Of a stretch of 64,000 nt of DNA, positions 18,007 through 26,959 are shown in pieces. Position 1 is the first letter of the stretch. Each line of letters begins with the position of its first letter. The notes beneath the pieces were generated by a model. It was given only the letters and a program-made list of their open reading frames with translations. It made no database searches and was not told the origin of the DNA. A program made the position numbers and the translations under genes. Where the stretch lies: positions 160,001 to 224,000 of IMG/VR virus record IMGVR_UViG_3300034161_000018; one strand, given 5' to 3'. Origin of the DNA: a virus. Taxonomy: Duplodnaviria; Caudoviricetes.

Positions 18007-18653
18007 TAAACCTCTATTCGTGTGGCTGTCATGCAACCGGCGACATTCCGATCCTAACTCGTTGTGCAATTCATAACGGTTGGATCGTCGCCGCAATAGA
18101 TCATGCGAGACAACGCGAGGTTTTGAAAACGAAGCGGGTAACTGTTTGGCACGACACGCTGCCGAATAATCTACGCCAGCTTCCGGACGGGCGATTCCAT
18201 CATATCTTCGCCTACCCCGAACACGACATTCTGTACGCCACCAACAGCATGACGCGGAAAGCGTGGCGCGAATCCAATCTCGAATTGTTTGCTCAAATCA
18301 AACGGCTTTTGAAGCCGGGCGGTTACGCAACTTTGATCGTTGATTACTTCGCGCTGCACACGGTTCTGTATCAGGCCCGAATGGCAAAGCTGGATTTCAG
18401 GATTGGCCGGACGCTTTTCAAAGAGTTTGTTCCGGAACCACTCTACAGCCGGAAGTATGAGTTCACAGATGCAAAGGTCATGGTTGATCTTTACGTCGGC
18501 GAGAAAATCAAACTTCCTGAATCCGGCGAATTGGTTTTGGACATTAGTTCAATCCTGCTTGACCGAACCCTTAGACGCGCCAAGGACAATAAAGTTCTGG
18601 CGCTTTGCAGTTGTCCCCACCGCTTCAAACTTATAAAAGGAAACATGCGATGA
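18003..18653 (+). CDS. degenerate N6/N4 DNA methyltransferase-like protein
   Basis: LPDGRFHHIFAYPEH and KRLLKPGG resemble MTase motif IV region; DPPY absent. Confidence 0.55.
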   Translation: MINLYSCGCHATGDIPILTRCAIHNGWIVAAIDHARQREVLKTKRVTVWHDTLPNNLRQLPDGRFHHIFAYPEHDILYATNSMTRKAWRESNLELFAQIKRLLKPGGYATLIVDYFALHTVLYQARMAKLDFRIGRTLFKEFVPEPLYSRKYEFTDAKVMVDLYVGEKIKLPESGELVLDISSILLDRTLRRAKDNKVLALCSCPHRFKLIKGNMR

Positions 18654-19105
18654 ACGTAATCCTCACTGGCACCGCTGCCGACCTTGAAACTCTGGCAGCC
18701 GAAAGAACCGCCGCACGTTTGGCGAATGACGAACCGACATTCAACGAACTGACCTACATGCTCGGCGAAATTGACCGCAAGAAAGGCGGCAAGAAGTACA
18801 ACGCGGAAACCGTAGCGCTGGAAGTCGCCGCTGCTCTGGCCCAACAGTTCAACAACAACGCCGAAGACGAAAAGATTCAGAATCAGTTCGACCTGATCTG
18901 CAAACTGAAATCGAGTGCAAACTTCTACCTGCGTATGCTGCCGACTCCGCTGACCGAAGAAGAAATCGAAGCGCAGTTTGAAATCGCGGTCGCCAACGGC
19001 GCTACGCAAATCAACCACTTCACCACGCACTTCGATAAGCACTGGTTCGGTCGCACCACTCGTTCCGTAATCATCGAAAAAGCAAAAGCTCGTACCGGTC
19101 GTTAA
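18650..19105 (+). CDS. YqeY/GatB-like domain protein
   Basis: YLRMLPTPLTEEEI...NGA pattern; ATG 18650. Confidence 0.55.
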   Translation: MNVILTGTAADLETLAAERTAARLANDEPTFNELTYMLGEIDRKKGGKKYNAETVALEVAAALAQQFNNNAEDEKIQNQFDLICKLKSSANFYLRMLPTPLTEEEIEAQFEIAVANGATQINHFTTHFDKHWFGRTTRSVIIEKAKARTGR

Positions 19106-19111
19106 GGGGAT

Positions 19112-19780
19112 TTGACGGTGGCAAAGATCAAAGTTGGAAAAGTCGTTACGAAGCGCAAGCCTAGTACCAAACCGAAAAAGAGCGCCGCCGCCAAAGAAGC
19201 CGAGAACCGAACGAAGCGTCTCAAAACAGGCAAGGCTGCGAAAGCCAAACCGGCCAAACCAGATGGGGAACGCCGCGCATACGGGCACACATTCAAACTG
19301 AAAAAGTTTGATAGTCCGGGCATTCGCGCTTTGCCTGATACACCATTCACAAAGCAGGGTATGTCCCTGCCGAAACTTTTGCGCGGAACCCCACGGCTGT
19401 TTATCAACAACGCAATCAACGTTGACGCCCACGGTGCCGTAAAAAGATTGCGCACGAAAACCGGCAAGCCAATGCTGCGCGGCATTATGTGGTCGAGTGA
19501 TCCGCATCGCCCGTTCAAGGTTCGCCGTTATCACGAAACCTACATCATCGGTCTTGACGACAATCAGGACAAAGAAGTTCACACGCACCGGAAAGTTTTG
19601 GTACAGTGCCAGTGCGAGGCGTTCGTTTTCAACTTTGAATACGCAAACGCCACGGTCGGCGCATCCCGTTTGATTTATTCCAACGGCGCCCCGCCAGTGT
19701 ACACCAACCCAGGACTGATGCCCGGATTGTGCAAACACCTTGTCGCTCTCTACAAGATCGCAAAGGTTTACAACCTGTGA
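19112..19780 (+). CDS. SWIM zinc-finger protein with basic N-terminus
   Basis: VQCQCEAF...CKHLVAL (CxC...CxH). Confidence 0.75.
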   Translation: MTVAKIKVGKVVTKRKPSTKPKKSAAAKEAENRTKRLKTGKAAKAKPAKPDGERRAYGHTFKLKKFDSPGIRALPDTPFTKQGMSLPKLLRGTPRLFINNAINVDAHGAVKRLRTKTGKPMLRGIMWSSDPHRPFKVRRYHETYIIGLDDNQDKEVHTHRKVLVQCQCEAFVFNFEYANATVGASRLIYSNGAPPVYTNPGLMPGLCKHLVALYKIAKVYNL

Positions 19781-19896
19781 AATCGCTTTTATATTGGCTG
19801 TTCGGTATTTTATTCAGCGTTGGGTTTATTCTCGGCGCCGGTTTCGCCAACATCTGGCCTTACTTAAAATCATTGCTTCACGCATTGACTGCATAA
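19777..19896 (+). CDS. 39-aa membrane peptide (not in ORF track)
   Basis: GTGA-coupled; MKSLLYWLFGILFSVGFILGAGFANIWPYLKSLLHALTA fills the gap. Confidence 0.55.
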   Translation: MKSLLYWLFGILFSVGFILGAGFANIWPYLKSLLHALTA

Positions 19897-19906
19897 GGGG
19901 AACGTA

Positions 19907-20434
19907 ATGTCTCTCGGAAAACTGACGCTTCAAACGGTTCTGGATAATGGTCGCCGCATGGGCGCAGCCATTGAAGGAATCCGAATTCAGAATGTGAAAA
20001 TCGCATGGCCGAAAGACGACGATCCCGAAGCGCTGGCGGCGCACCTTGAATTCCGACGTTTCGCAATGCGCCAACTGGATGACGATCAAGTCAAATCCGG
20101 AATCGCAAACGTCGTCAACTACGGTGGCCCGGCTCACATCGAAGCCGCAAAACAATTGCCGCGTATTGCCTTGACGCAAAACCAAAAGATGGCAGCGCTG
20201 GCGTACAAGTATTACCAGCATGGCGAATGGCGCCCGAAGGCTGGCGACTTCTACACAACCGCACGCGCTGACCTTGAACTTTACCGCGTTGTGAAAATCG
20301 AAAACGAAATCGTCTACACTGAATACTGCCACTTGCCCGGCGTGCTTTCGGAATGGCCTCAAGACGGTTTCACCACGGAAGGCTTTGGCCCGCGCCGCGT
20401 GTACGTGCCGGAACATTGCTTCAACATTATCTAA
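19907..20434 (+). CDS. hypothetical protein
   Basis: 175-aa ORF with RBS. Confidence 0.75.
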   Translation: MSLGKLTLQTVLDNGRRMGAAIEGIRIQNVKIAWPKDDDPEALAAHLEFRRFAMRQLDDDQVKSGIANVVNYGGPAHIEAAKQLPRIALTQNQKMAALAYKYYQHGEWRPKAGDFYTTARADLELYRVVKIENEIVYTEYCHLPGVLSEWPQDGFTTEGFGPRRVYVPEHCFNII

Positions 20435-20444
20435 AAGGTGCGTT

Positions 20445-20678
20445 ATGTCATTTGGTGAAGTGTGGGAACTCGCAATAGCCGGTAGCCGAATCCGCCGAAA
20501 AGGTTGGAACGGGCCGGGGCAATACGTTTGGCTGGAAAGAGGTTTTGAAGGTTTCCAACCAGTGAACGTAATCCGAAATGCACAAGGGCAACTCCAACCC
20601 GGCTGGCTCCCTTCGATGGGCGACCTGCTGGCGAACGATTGGGAAACTTGTGACCCGACTGTGGGTGGTTTGACTTAA
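20445..20678 (+). CDS. DUF2829 family protein (Tad2-like sponge candidate)
   Basis: FGE...RIRRKGWNG...WLPSMGDLLANDW; ATG 20445. Confidence 0.75.
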   Translation: MSFGEVWELAIAGSRIRRKGWNGPGQYVWLERGFEGFQPVNVIRNAQGQLQPGWLPSMGDLLANDWETCDPTVGGLT

Positions 20679-20687
20679 CGGTGTGCT

Positions 20688-21701
20688 ATGTCCAGCGACA
20701 AAAACCTAACAGGTGAACAGATTCAACAGATTATGGATATGTTTTTGTATAAAGCATTAGAACCCATAATCATGAACACCAATGCGTTTGACGCGCAGGC
20801 TGAATATTTGCTGATGCTTATCGCTGCAAACGGCAAACGCAAACTCAGTAGTTTGGATCGTGAAGTTGTGGTTGAGTTGCTGGCGGCATACGTGGCACAA
20901 CCCGACCGGCGTAAAAAGTACGAACTCATTCGCGAGGCCCGCATCGAAAGATATTTCCTGCATGGTTTCGCGAAAAAGTTTGTGACGGACAATCTCGAAT
21001 TCGTCCGTAGTTACAACGAATACATTGAGGCGCCGACGGCTTCCGTCCGCAACTACCTCAATAACCGCGCTGCCATCATCGGTGATTGTGGACGCGCAGA
21101 TTTCTTTAATGCGGTTCGCGTTTCCAATGCGTACCTCAAACGCTTCTATGAATATCGGGAAACGATCATTGGTCATTACCTGAAACATAGCAGCAAACAA
21201 GCAAAGGCTTATGTCAGTCAGAGTCATGGCGGTTCGGATTTTCGGGACTTGCGCCAGTCGATTTTGAAAGCGGTGATTACTGCACTGGATAAGTACGATA
21301 GCCGGAAAGGCGCGCTGACCTCCTACATCAACTTCTGGATTTTCAACGCGGCCACTGGCTCGACCGAACATGAATACGGTATCGCCTACACGATTCCTCA
21401 AACACAGAAAAAGAAATTGTTTGAGAAACAGAGTAGCGAAGTAAACTTTAGTGTCAGCCTCGACGCACTGACCAAGAACGATGACGACGAAAACAATCTG
21501 GCGCTACACTCGACGCTAGGTTCTGACAACCAACTCGATGAAGACATTGAGAATATGGAAACCAGCCGAATCGTCCAAGCGCTTGCGAAATGCGTTGACC
21601 GGCGCGGCGTTGCCCGCCTGTGCCTAGACATTGGGGAGTATTTCAGTCCGGGCGAAATGCGAAAGATGCACGATCAAATGCTGAGCGAAGGGCTGGCCTG
21701 A
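20688..21701 (+). CDS. phage RNA polymerase sigma factor
   Basis: region 2: DLRQSILKAVITALDKYDSRKGALTSYINFWI; SLDA motif. Confidence 0.8.
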   Translation: MSSDKNLTGEQIQQIMDMFLYKALEPIIMNTNAFDAQAEYLLMLIAANGKRKLSSLDREVVVELLAAYVAQPDRRKKYELIREARIERYFLHGFAKKFVTDNLEFVRSYNEYIEAPTASVRNYLNNRAAIIGDCGRADFFNAVRVSNAYLKRFYEYRETIIGHYLKHSSKQAKAYVSQSHGGSDFRDLRQSILKAVITALDKYDSRKGALTSYINFWIFNAATGSTEHEYGIAYTIPQTQKKKLFEKQSSEVNFSVSLDALTKNDDDENNLALHSTLGSDNQLDEDIENMETSRIVQALAKCVDRRGVARLCLDIGEYFSPGEMRKMHDQMLSEGLA

Positions 21702-21759
21702 CCGGCCCCGGCAAAACTGTAAACACAACTTGTTATTTTCTCACGAAGGAATGCCAACA

Positions 21760-23178
21760 ATGGCTGCAAAAGGCTTTAAAGGTCTGAAACCAAAAACCGG
21801 GAACAAGGATTCGCTCCGCCTTGAGGAACTGATCGACGTTCACAAGTTCCCCGATGACAAGTGGCTTCAACTCCGCTTTATCGAAAAGGTTGACCCGCTT
21901 GTGGTCAAGCAGCACTGGATCAAAATTCTCGGCGGCAAAGACAAACGCGAAATCACCATTCCGCGTTTCTGCATCGCGTTCGATCCGCTCGATCCGGAAA
22001 CCCCGAAAGAAGGCATCACCTGCCCGTACTGCGAAATCAGTTCCGGCAAAGACGGCGCACAACGCGCTTCGGAATTCTTCCTTATCAACGCAATCGTGCG
22101 TGACATTCAGGAAGAAGAACCGGCGAAGAAAGCCAAGTACACCAAAGACGAAGAAAAGACCGGCTTCAAAGATATGCGGTCGAAATCGTGGACTCCGGTT
22201 CGCGTGATCCGTCTGCCGGGCACACTGGTCGCCCGTATTCAGGAATTGGGTGAAACCAATATCCAGAAAGACAAAAAGACCAAAGAGAAAGCGCAGTACG
22301 ACGCTTCCCATCCGAAGTACGGCTTCGATGTTCAGATCAAGTACAAACCGAAAGCGGCTGGCACCGACAAATATTCTTGCGACAAAGTAGACGGCGGTTG
22401 CACTCCGTTGTCGTCGGAAGAAAAAGAATACCTCGTTTACAAACTCGACGAAGCTCTACTCGACCAAGCTGGCCGCATGAGCCAGAAGGGCGCGAACGAA
22501 GATTTCAAACGCATGGAAATCGCCGGTGACATTCCGGATGACGACGATGACGATGACGACGACGCGCCGAAAGGCAAGAAGTCGAAAAAGAAAGGCCGGT
22601 CGCTCGACGATGACGACGAAGACGACGACATTCCGTCGAACAAGAAATCCAAAAAAGGCAAAAAGCCTTTCGAGGATGACGAAGACGACGAAGACGAAGA
22701 TGATGACGACGAAGACGAAAAACCGAAGAAGTCGTCGAAGTCCTCCAAGTCGAAAGTGAAGGACAAAAAGAAATCCAAGAAGTCGTCGAAAGACGATGAC
22801 GATGAAGATGACGACGAAGACGACGAAGATGAAAAACCGAAAAAGTCGTCCAAGTCCAAGGTGAAAGAAAAAGCCAAGTCGTCCAAAAAGAAATCATCGA
22901 AAGATGACGATGACGACGAGGATGATGAAGACGACGAAGACGAGAAACCGAAAAAGTCTTCCAAGTCCAAGGACAAAGCCAAGTCGAAAGACAAGGTGAA
23001 GCCGAAGAAGAAATCGTCGAAAGACGATGACGACGATGAAGACGAAGACGAAAAGCCGAAGAAGAAGTCGAAAGACTCCGGCAAGAAGTCCAAGTCCAAA
23101 GGCGACGACAAGAAGTCTTCCGGCAAGAAAAAGAAAAAGAAAGCCAGCTCGATCAACGACGATGACGATGACGAGTAA
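21760..23178 (+). CDS. single-stranded DNA-binding protein (gp32-like) with alternating K/S and D/E tail
   Basis: CPYC, FLINAIVRD, GFDVQI; directly upstream of RecA-like gene. Confidence 0.6.
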   Translation: MAAKGFKGLKPKTGNKDSLRLEELIDVHKFPDDKWLQLRFIEKVDPLVVKQHWIKILGGKDKREITIPRFCIAFDPLDPETPKEGITCPYCEISSGKDGAQRASEFFLINAIVRDIQEEEPAKKAKYTKDEEKTGFKDMRSKSWTPVRVIRLPGTLVARIQELGETNIQKDKKTKEKAQYDASHPKYGFDVQIKYKPKAAGTDKYSCDKVDGGCTPLSSEEKEYLVYKLDEALLDQAGRMSQKGANEDFKRMEIAGDIPDDDDDDDDDAPKGKKSKKKGRSLDDDDEDDDIPSNKKSKKGKKPFEDDEDDEDEDDDDEDEKPKKSSKSSKSKVKDKKKSKKSSKDDDDEDDDEDDEDEKPKKSSKSKVKEKAKSSKKKSSKDDDDDEDDEDDEDEKPKKSSKSKDKAKSKDKVKPKKKSSKDDDDDEDEDEKPKKKSKDSGKKSKSKGDDKKSSGKKKKKKASSINDDDDDE

Positions 23179-23191
23179 CACGTAACCGAAG

Positions 23192-23218
23192 AAGGGGGCC
23201 AAAGCGGCCTCCTTTTTT
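23192..23218 (+). terminator. intrinsic terminator
   Basis: AAGGGGGCC-AAAGC-GGCCTCCTT-TTTT. Confidence 0.8.
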
Positions 23219-23243
23219 CCGCCCATATTCAGGATTCGTGAGA

Positions 23244-24809
23244 ATGGCTAAAGCTACAGCAAAAGAAAAGGCGCCCGCTAAGAAAGCGGCTGCCAAAGAA
23301 AAGGCACCAGCGAAAAAAGCTGCGGCCAAAGAAGCCCCGGCCAAAGAGCCGAAGGTCAGCAAGGCAAAGGCTGCGAAAGAAGTAGTCGCCGAAGTTGAAC
23401 CGAAAAAGTTCTTCAACCCATACGCAAACATCGACGCCGAAATCGACGGCATGGAAAAGAAGTTCGGTCTGACTTCTATGTCCATTGCGGAAAAAGAAGA
23501 TCGGTTCGATACCGGCCTGTTGTGCTTGAACCTGCAAATGGCTGGCGGTCTGTTGGCCGGTGGCTGGTACACGTTCTTCGGCGGTGAACAATCGTGTAAA
23601 ACCACAACCGCAACTGCGGTACTCGGTTCGATTATTCGCCAAGTAAACTTTATCGGTCGTGCGGCATTCTTCGACTATGAAGGTTCGTTCTCTGCGGATT
23701 ACGCGGAAAGCATGTGGAAATATGCTGCGAACGGTCGCCCGCATACCGTGTCCGATGTTTTCGGTGTGAAAAACGAAGAAGGCGAGTGGATTGTTCCGCC
23801 ACGCATTCGTTACTACGCGCCTTCGGTCGGTGAAGATTTCTTCAACTACGTCGCCAAACTCGAAAAGACTTTGCCAGACGTTCTGTTGATCGACGGAAAC
23901 TTCTACTACATCTACGAAAACACGAAAGCGAACCAGAAGCTGACCAAGGGGCAATACGACAAAAAGTATTTCACCAAGTTCAACAAGTTCAAGGTTCCGG
24001 CGCCGCACGGACTGCCGCAAGCAATCGTTTTGACCGACTCCTATCCCGCAATGTTGCCGGGTCGGATGGACGACAAAGACGAAGGCACCGATGGTCTGGC
24101 TTCGCAAGCGCGTATGTTCTCGGAAGGGATCAAGCGCGTCAAAGGTGCAATGAAGCGGAAACGAATTGTGGTTTTGGGTATTAACCAACTCCGCAAAATT
24201 CCGATGGCAATGCACGGCCCGACCGAAGACGAACCTTGCGGCCAAGCGCTCAAGTTTTTCTCGGATGCGCGTTTCCGTATGACCTCCATTTCGATTCCGC
24301 ACGGCACCGTGAAGGGTTCGATGGAAGAAGAAGGTTCGCTTTCCGGCGAAGGCATCGACACTTACCGTTACATCCGCTGCAAAACTTTCAAGAACAAACT
24401 TGGCGGTGTGCAGGGCGCGACTTTCGATATGCGAATTCGCGTTGCGGACTCCAACGGGGAAGCGTCCGGGTTCTGCCGCGTTCACGACTGCTGGCAGTAT
24501 CTGAAAGCCACCGGTCAAATCAGCGGCCAGCGTAACAAAATCAAATTCGGCGAAAAGACTCCGTTCCCCGGAAAGGTTGTGTCTTGGCTGGAACTGAAAG
24601 CGCTGATCGACGGCGACAAAGAGCTTATCAAGAAAGGTTGCGCTAAACTCGCGCCGGGCAAAAAGCCTTTGCGCATTTACGAATGGTGCCGCGACCAAAT
24701 GGCTTCCGGAAAAGGCTACGCGCTGTATCTGGAAACCATCAAGAACAACAACACCAAGAAGAACGCAAAAGCTGCCGCTGGCGTTTCGGATGATTTGGAC
24801 GACGAATAA
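23244..24809 (+). CDS. RecA/UvsX-like recombinase
   Basis: DTGLLCLNLQMAGG, Walker A GGEQSCKTT, VLTDS, QARMFS, INQLR, GQALKFFSD. Confidence 0.9.
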   Translation: MAKATAKEKAPAKKAAAKEKAPAKKAAAKEAPAKEPKVSKAKAAKEVVAEVEPKKFFNPYANIDAEIDGMEKKFGLTSMSIAEKEDRFDTGLLCLNLQMAGGLLAGGWYTFFGGEQSCKTTTATAVLGSIIRQVNFIGRAAFFDYEGSFSADYAESMWKYAANGRPHTVSDVFGVKNEEGEWIVPPRIRYYAPSVGEDFFNYVAKLEKTLPDVLLIDGNFYYIYENTKANQKLTKGQYDKKYFTKFNKFKVPAPHGLPQAIVLTDSYPAMLPGRMDDKDEGTDGLASQARMFSEGIKRVKGAMKRKRIVVLGINQLRKIPMAMHGPTEDEPCGQALKFFSDARFRMTSISIPHGTVKGSMEEEGSLSGEGIDTYRYIRCKTFKNKLGGVQGATFDMRIRVADSNGEASGFCRVHDCWQYLKATGQISGQRNKIKFGEKTPFPGKVVSWLELKALIDGDKELIKKGCAKLAPGKKPLRIYEWCRDQMASGKGYALYLETIKNNNTKKNAKAAAGVSDDLDDE

Positions 24810-24829
24810 ACTTCCACTAGGCCGGAAGG

Positions 24830-24853
24830 GTGGGGGCTTCGGCCCCCGCTTTT
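24830..24853 (+). terminator. intrinsic terminator
   Basis: GTGGGGGC-TTCG-GCCCCCGC-TTTT. Confidence 0.9.
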
Positions 24854-24869
24854 CGTCTAAGTGCTTGAT

Positions 24870-24898
24870 TTGCCTCGGGTTGCAGGGTGTGGTACAAT
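24870..24898 (+). promoter_or_regulatory. sigma70-type promoter
   Basis: TTGCCT-17 nt-TACAAT with TGn extension. Confidence 0.8.
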
Positions 24899-24932
24899 AG
24901 CTGCGCCCAAGCGTCACCGACTGCAAGGCTTA

Positions 24933-24955
24933 ACACTTACGACTTAGAGGAAGTT
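24933..24955 (+). promoter_or_regulatory. 23-bp leader element, copy 4
   Basis: ACACTTACGACTTAGAGGAAGTT, 34 nt after -10, overlaps RBS of 24959. Confidence 0.85.
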
Positions 24956-24958
24956 TGA

Positions 24959-25375
24959 ATGGAAACCGAACAGCCCCGAATCGAATACGCAATCTCCGAA
25001 TCCCACAAAGGCAAACTGGTTCAGATTCATTTGATCCGAATGCCGGAAGACCGGAAGCGTCACCCGTTGAAAAGTTTGAACGGGTTCCGTCGTCGCATGA
25101 CAAAAATGTTTGCAGCCTACAGCGACAAACAGAAGGGCACCGGGAAGTCGCCGTGGCCACCTCGGAGTTTTCAAATTCAGTTCATCGAAGACCGGGAAGC
25201 CGAACTGGAAGCGTTTGCGGAAACCCCGGAGTTGCGCGACGCTTTGTACAAGGCAGAAGCACCTGACCTCACGCACGAAAACATTTTCGATTTCTATTCC
25301 AGTATCGGATACGATCACAAGCGTAACCGATTTGATTCGCTAGGAGCAAAGAATGGCGAAGGCCAAGAAAGATAA
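24959..25375 (+). CDS. hypothetical early protein
   Basis: 138-aa ORF, GAGG RBS. Confidence 0.75.
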   Translation: METEQPRIEYAISESHKGKLVQIHLIRMPEDRKRHPLKSLNGFRRRMTKMFAAYSDKQKGTGKSPWPPRSFQIQFIEDREAELEAFAETPELRDALYKAEAPDLTHENIFDFYSSIGYDHKRNRFDSLGAKNGEGQER

Positions 25376-26825
25376 AGGGCCGAAGTTAGGCCAAGAAGAA
25401 ATGGCGACGGGGATTGTCGGCGAAATTGTTGACACTCAAATCGAAGCGTTCACCGAAGGCGCGTTGACCGAATACGGTTCGCACGTTGTCGAAAACCGCG
25501 CCATTCCGGATTTCCGCGACGGACTGAAACCAGTTCACCGCGCAATTCTTTGGGCAATGTATGACCTGAACCTTTACCACAACAAGCCGTACAAAAAAGC
25601 GGCGCGAACTGTTGGTGACGTAATCGGTCGGTTTCACCCGCACGGCGACCTTTCCGCTTATGGCGCAATGGTCACAATTGCAAACACAAACATTCCGCTA
25701 GTCGATGGTTTCGGTGGCTGGGGCGATCACGTAGATGGCGCCGCTGCAATGCGATACACCGAAGCACGTCTCTCGAAATTCAGTGACCACTTCCTGCTTG
25801 ACCCGGAATACTTGGCCGTCGTTCCGAAAGTGAAAAACTTTTCTAACGACGCCGAGTGGCCGCGCTTCCTTCCCGCAAAACTTCCAGTCCAACTTTTGGT
25901 AGGCTCGCCAACGGTTCCCGCTTACGGAATCCGTGCGGGCAATCCGTCGTTTGGTTTGGAAGGTGTGGTGAAGCTGGTCAAGATGGCAATCAAGGGCAAG
26001 AAGATCACGCCCGAACTTTGCCACAAACATTTGCAAATCGAACTTCGCTGGGGCGGCAACTGCATCGCTTCCGACGAAGACATGATCGAGTTTTACCGGA
26101 CGGGTTACGGGAATCTGGAGTTTGAACCAGACCACGAACTGAACTACGCGAAGAAAGAATTCCGAATCCTTTCGACCAGTCCGGGCCGATTCAGTTCGGC
26201 TACAACAATCAGTTCGGCGCTCGGCAAGATTGCGGAACTGAAAGGCGTTAAATGGGTTGGCGACCGAAGCGCTGCCGGTGTTGGTAAATACAACATCTGC
26301 TACGCCGCGACATTCAGCCGCGTGAACGAAGACGAAATGTATGAACTCGGAAAAGAGATCATGAAAATCGTTTCCGGTCGCGGCCCGTATGAACTCGGCT
26401 GGACTCACCGTAAAGCGGACGACACTTCTTTCGCGCAAGGTGGCTTCGACCAGTTCATTACCATCTGGACGAAATACCGCGTTTCGCTGGAACTGGCAGT
26501 AATCAAAAACCGAATCAAGGTTGAGAACAAAAACCTTGCGCGGCAAGAACTGCTGGAATGGGCGGTGAAGAATCGCGAACTAATCTTTGAAGCTGTCCGC
26601 AGCAAAAAGGTTCACCCGGTTCAAGCACTGATGAAGTCCGGAAAGGTTGACGAAGAATTTGCGACCGAAGCCCTTGGCCTGCAAATCCTCCGATTGGCTG
26701 GACTCGACCTCTCCAAAATCAGAGAGAAACAAAAGGAGATTCAACAAATCATCAAAGACCTCAAAGCCGATTTGAAAGACCCAACGGATCGACTGGTTGC
26801 CCAACTGGACGCAATCAAACTTTGA
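25353..26825 (+). CDS. type IIA DNA topoisomerase subunit A (GyrA/ParC/T4 gp52-like)
   Basis: RAIPDFRDGLKPVHR, FHPHGD, AAAMRYTEARL (catalytic Tyr). Confidence 0.95.
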   Translation: MAKAKKDKGPKLGQEEMATGIVGEIVDTQIEAFTEGALTEYGSHVVENRAIPDFRDGLKPVHRAILWAMYDLNLYHNKPYKKAARTVGDVIGRFHPHGDLSAYGAMVTIANTNIPLVDGFGGWGDHVDGAAAMRYTEARLSKFSDHFLLDPEYLAVVPKVKNFSNDAEWPRFLPAKLPVQLLVGSPTVPAYGIRAGNPSFGLEGVVKLVKMAIKGKKITPELCHKHLQIELRWGGNCIASDEDMIEFYRTGYGNLEFEPDHELNYAKKEFRILSTSPGRFSSATTISSALGKIAELKGVKWVGDRSAAGVGKYNICYAATFSRVNEDEMYELGKEIMKIVSGRGPYELGWTHRKADDTSFAQGGFDQFITIWTKYRVSLELAVIKNRIKVENKNLARQELLEWAVKNRELIFEAVRSKKVHPVQALMKSGKVDEEFATEALGLQILRLAGLDLSKIREKQKEIQQIIKDLKADLKDPTDRLVAQLDAIKL

Positions 26826-26959
26826 CGGAACACGGTGGGGCCGGGATTTGGAACTGGAAAAGACGGGCGCGGGAATTGCGACTCGCGGTCAATAATTTCT
26901 CAGAACCACGCTGTATTTGCAGCACCCCGGCACCGCCGACCAAATAAAGAGGGACTATT

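Noticed and set aside
23580-23606. Non-canonical Walker A (GGEQSCKTT) in the RecA-like protein taken as a sign of inactivation
   Set aside because: Catalytic Lys-Thr is retained, and phage UvsX proteins vary at this position
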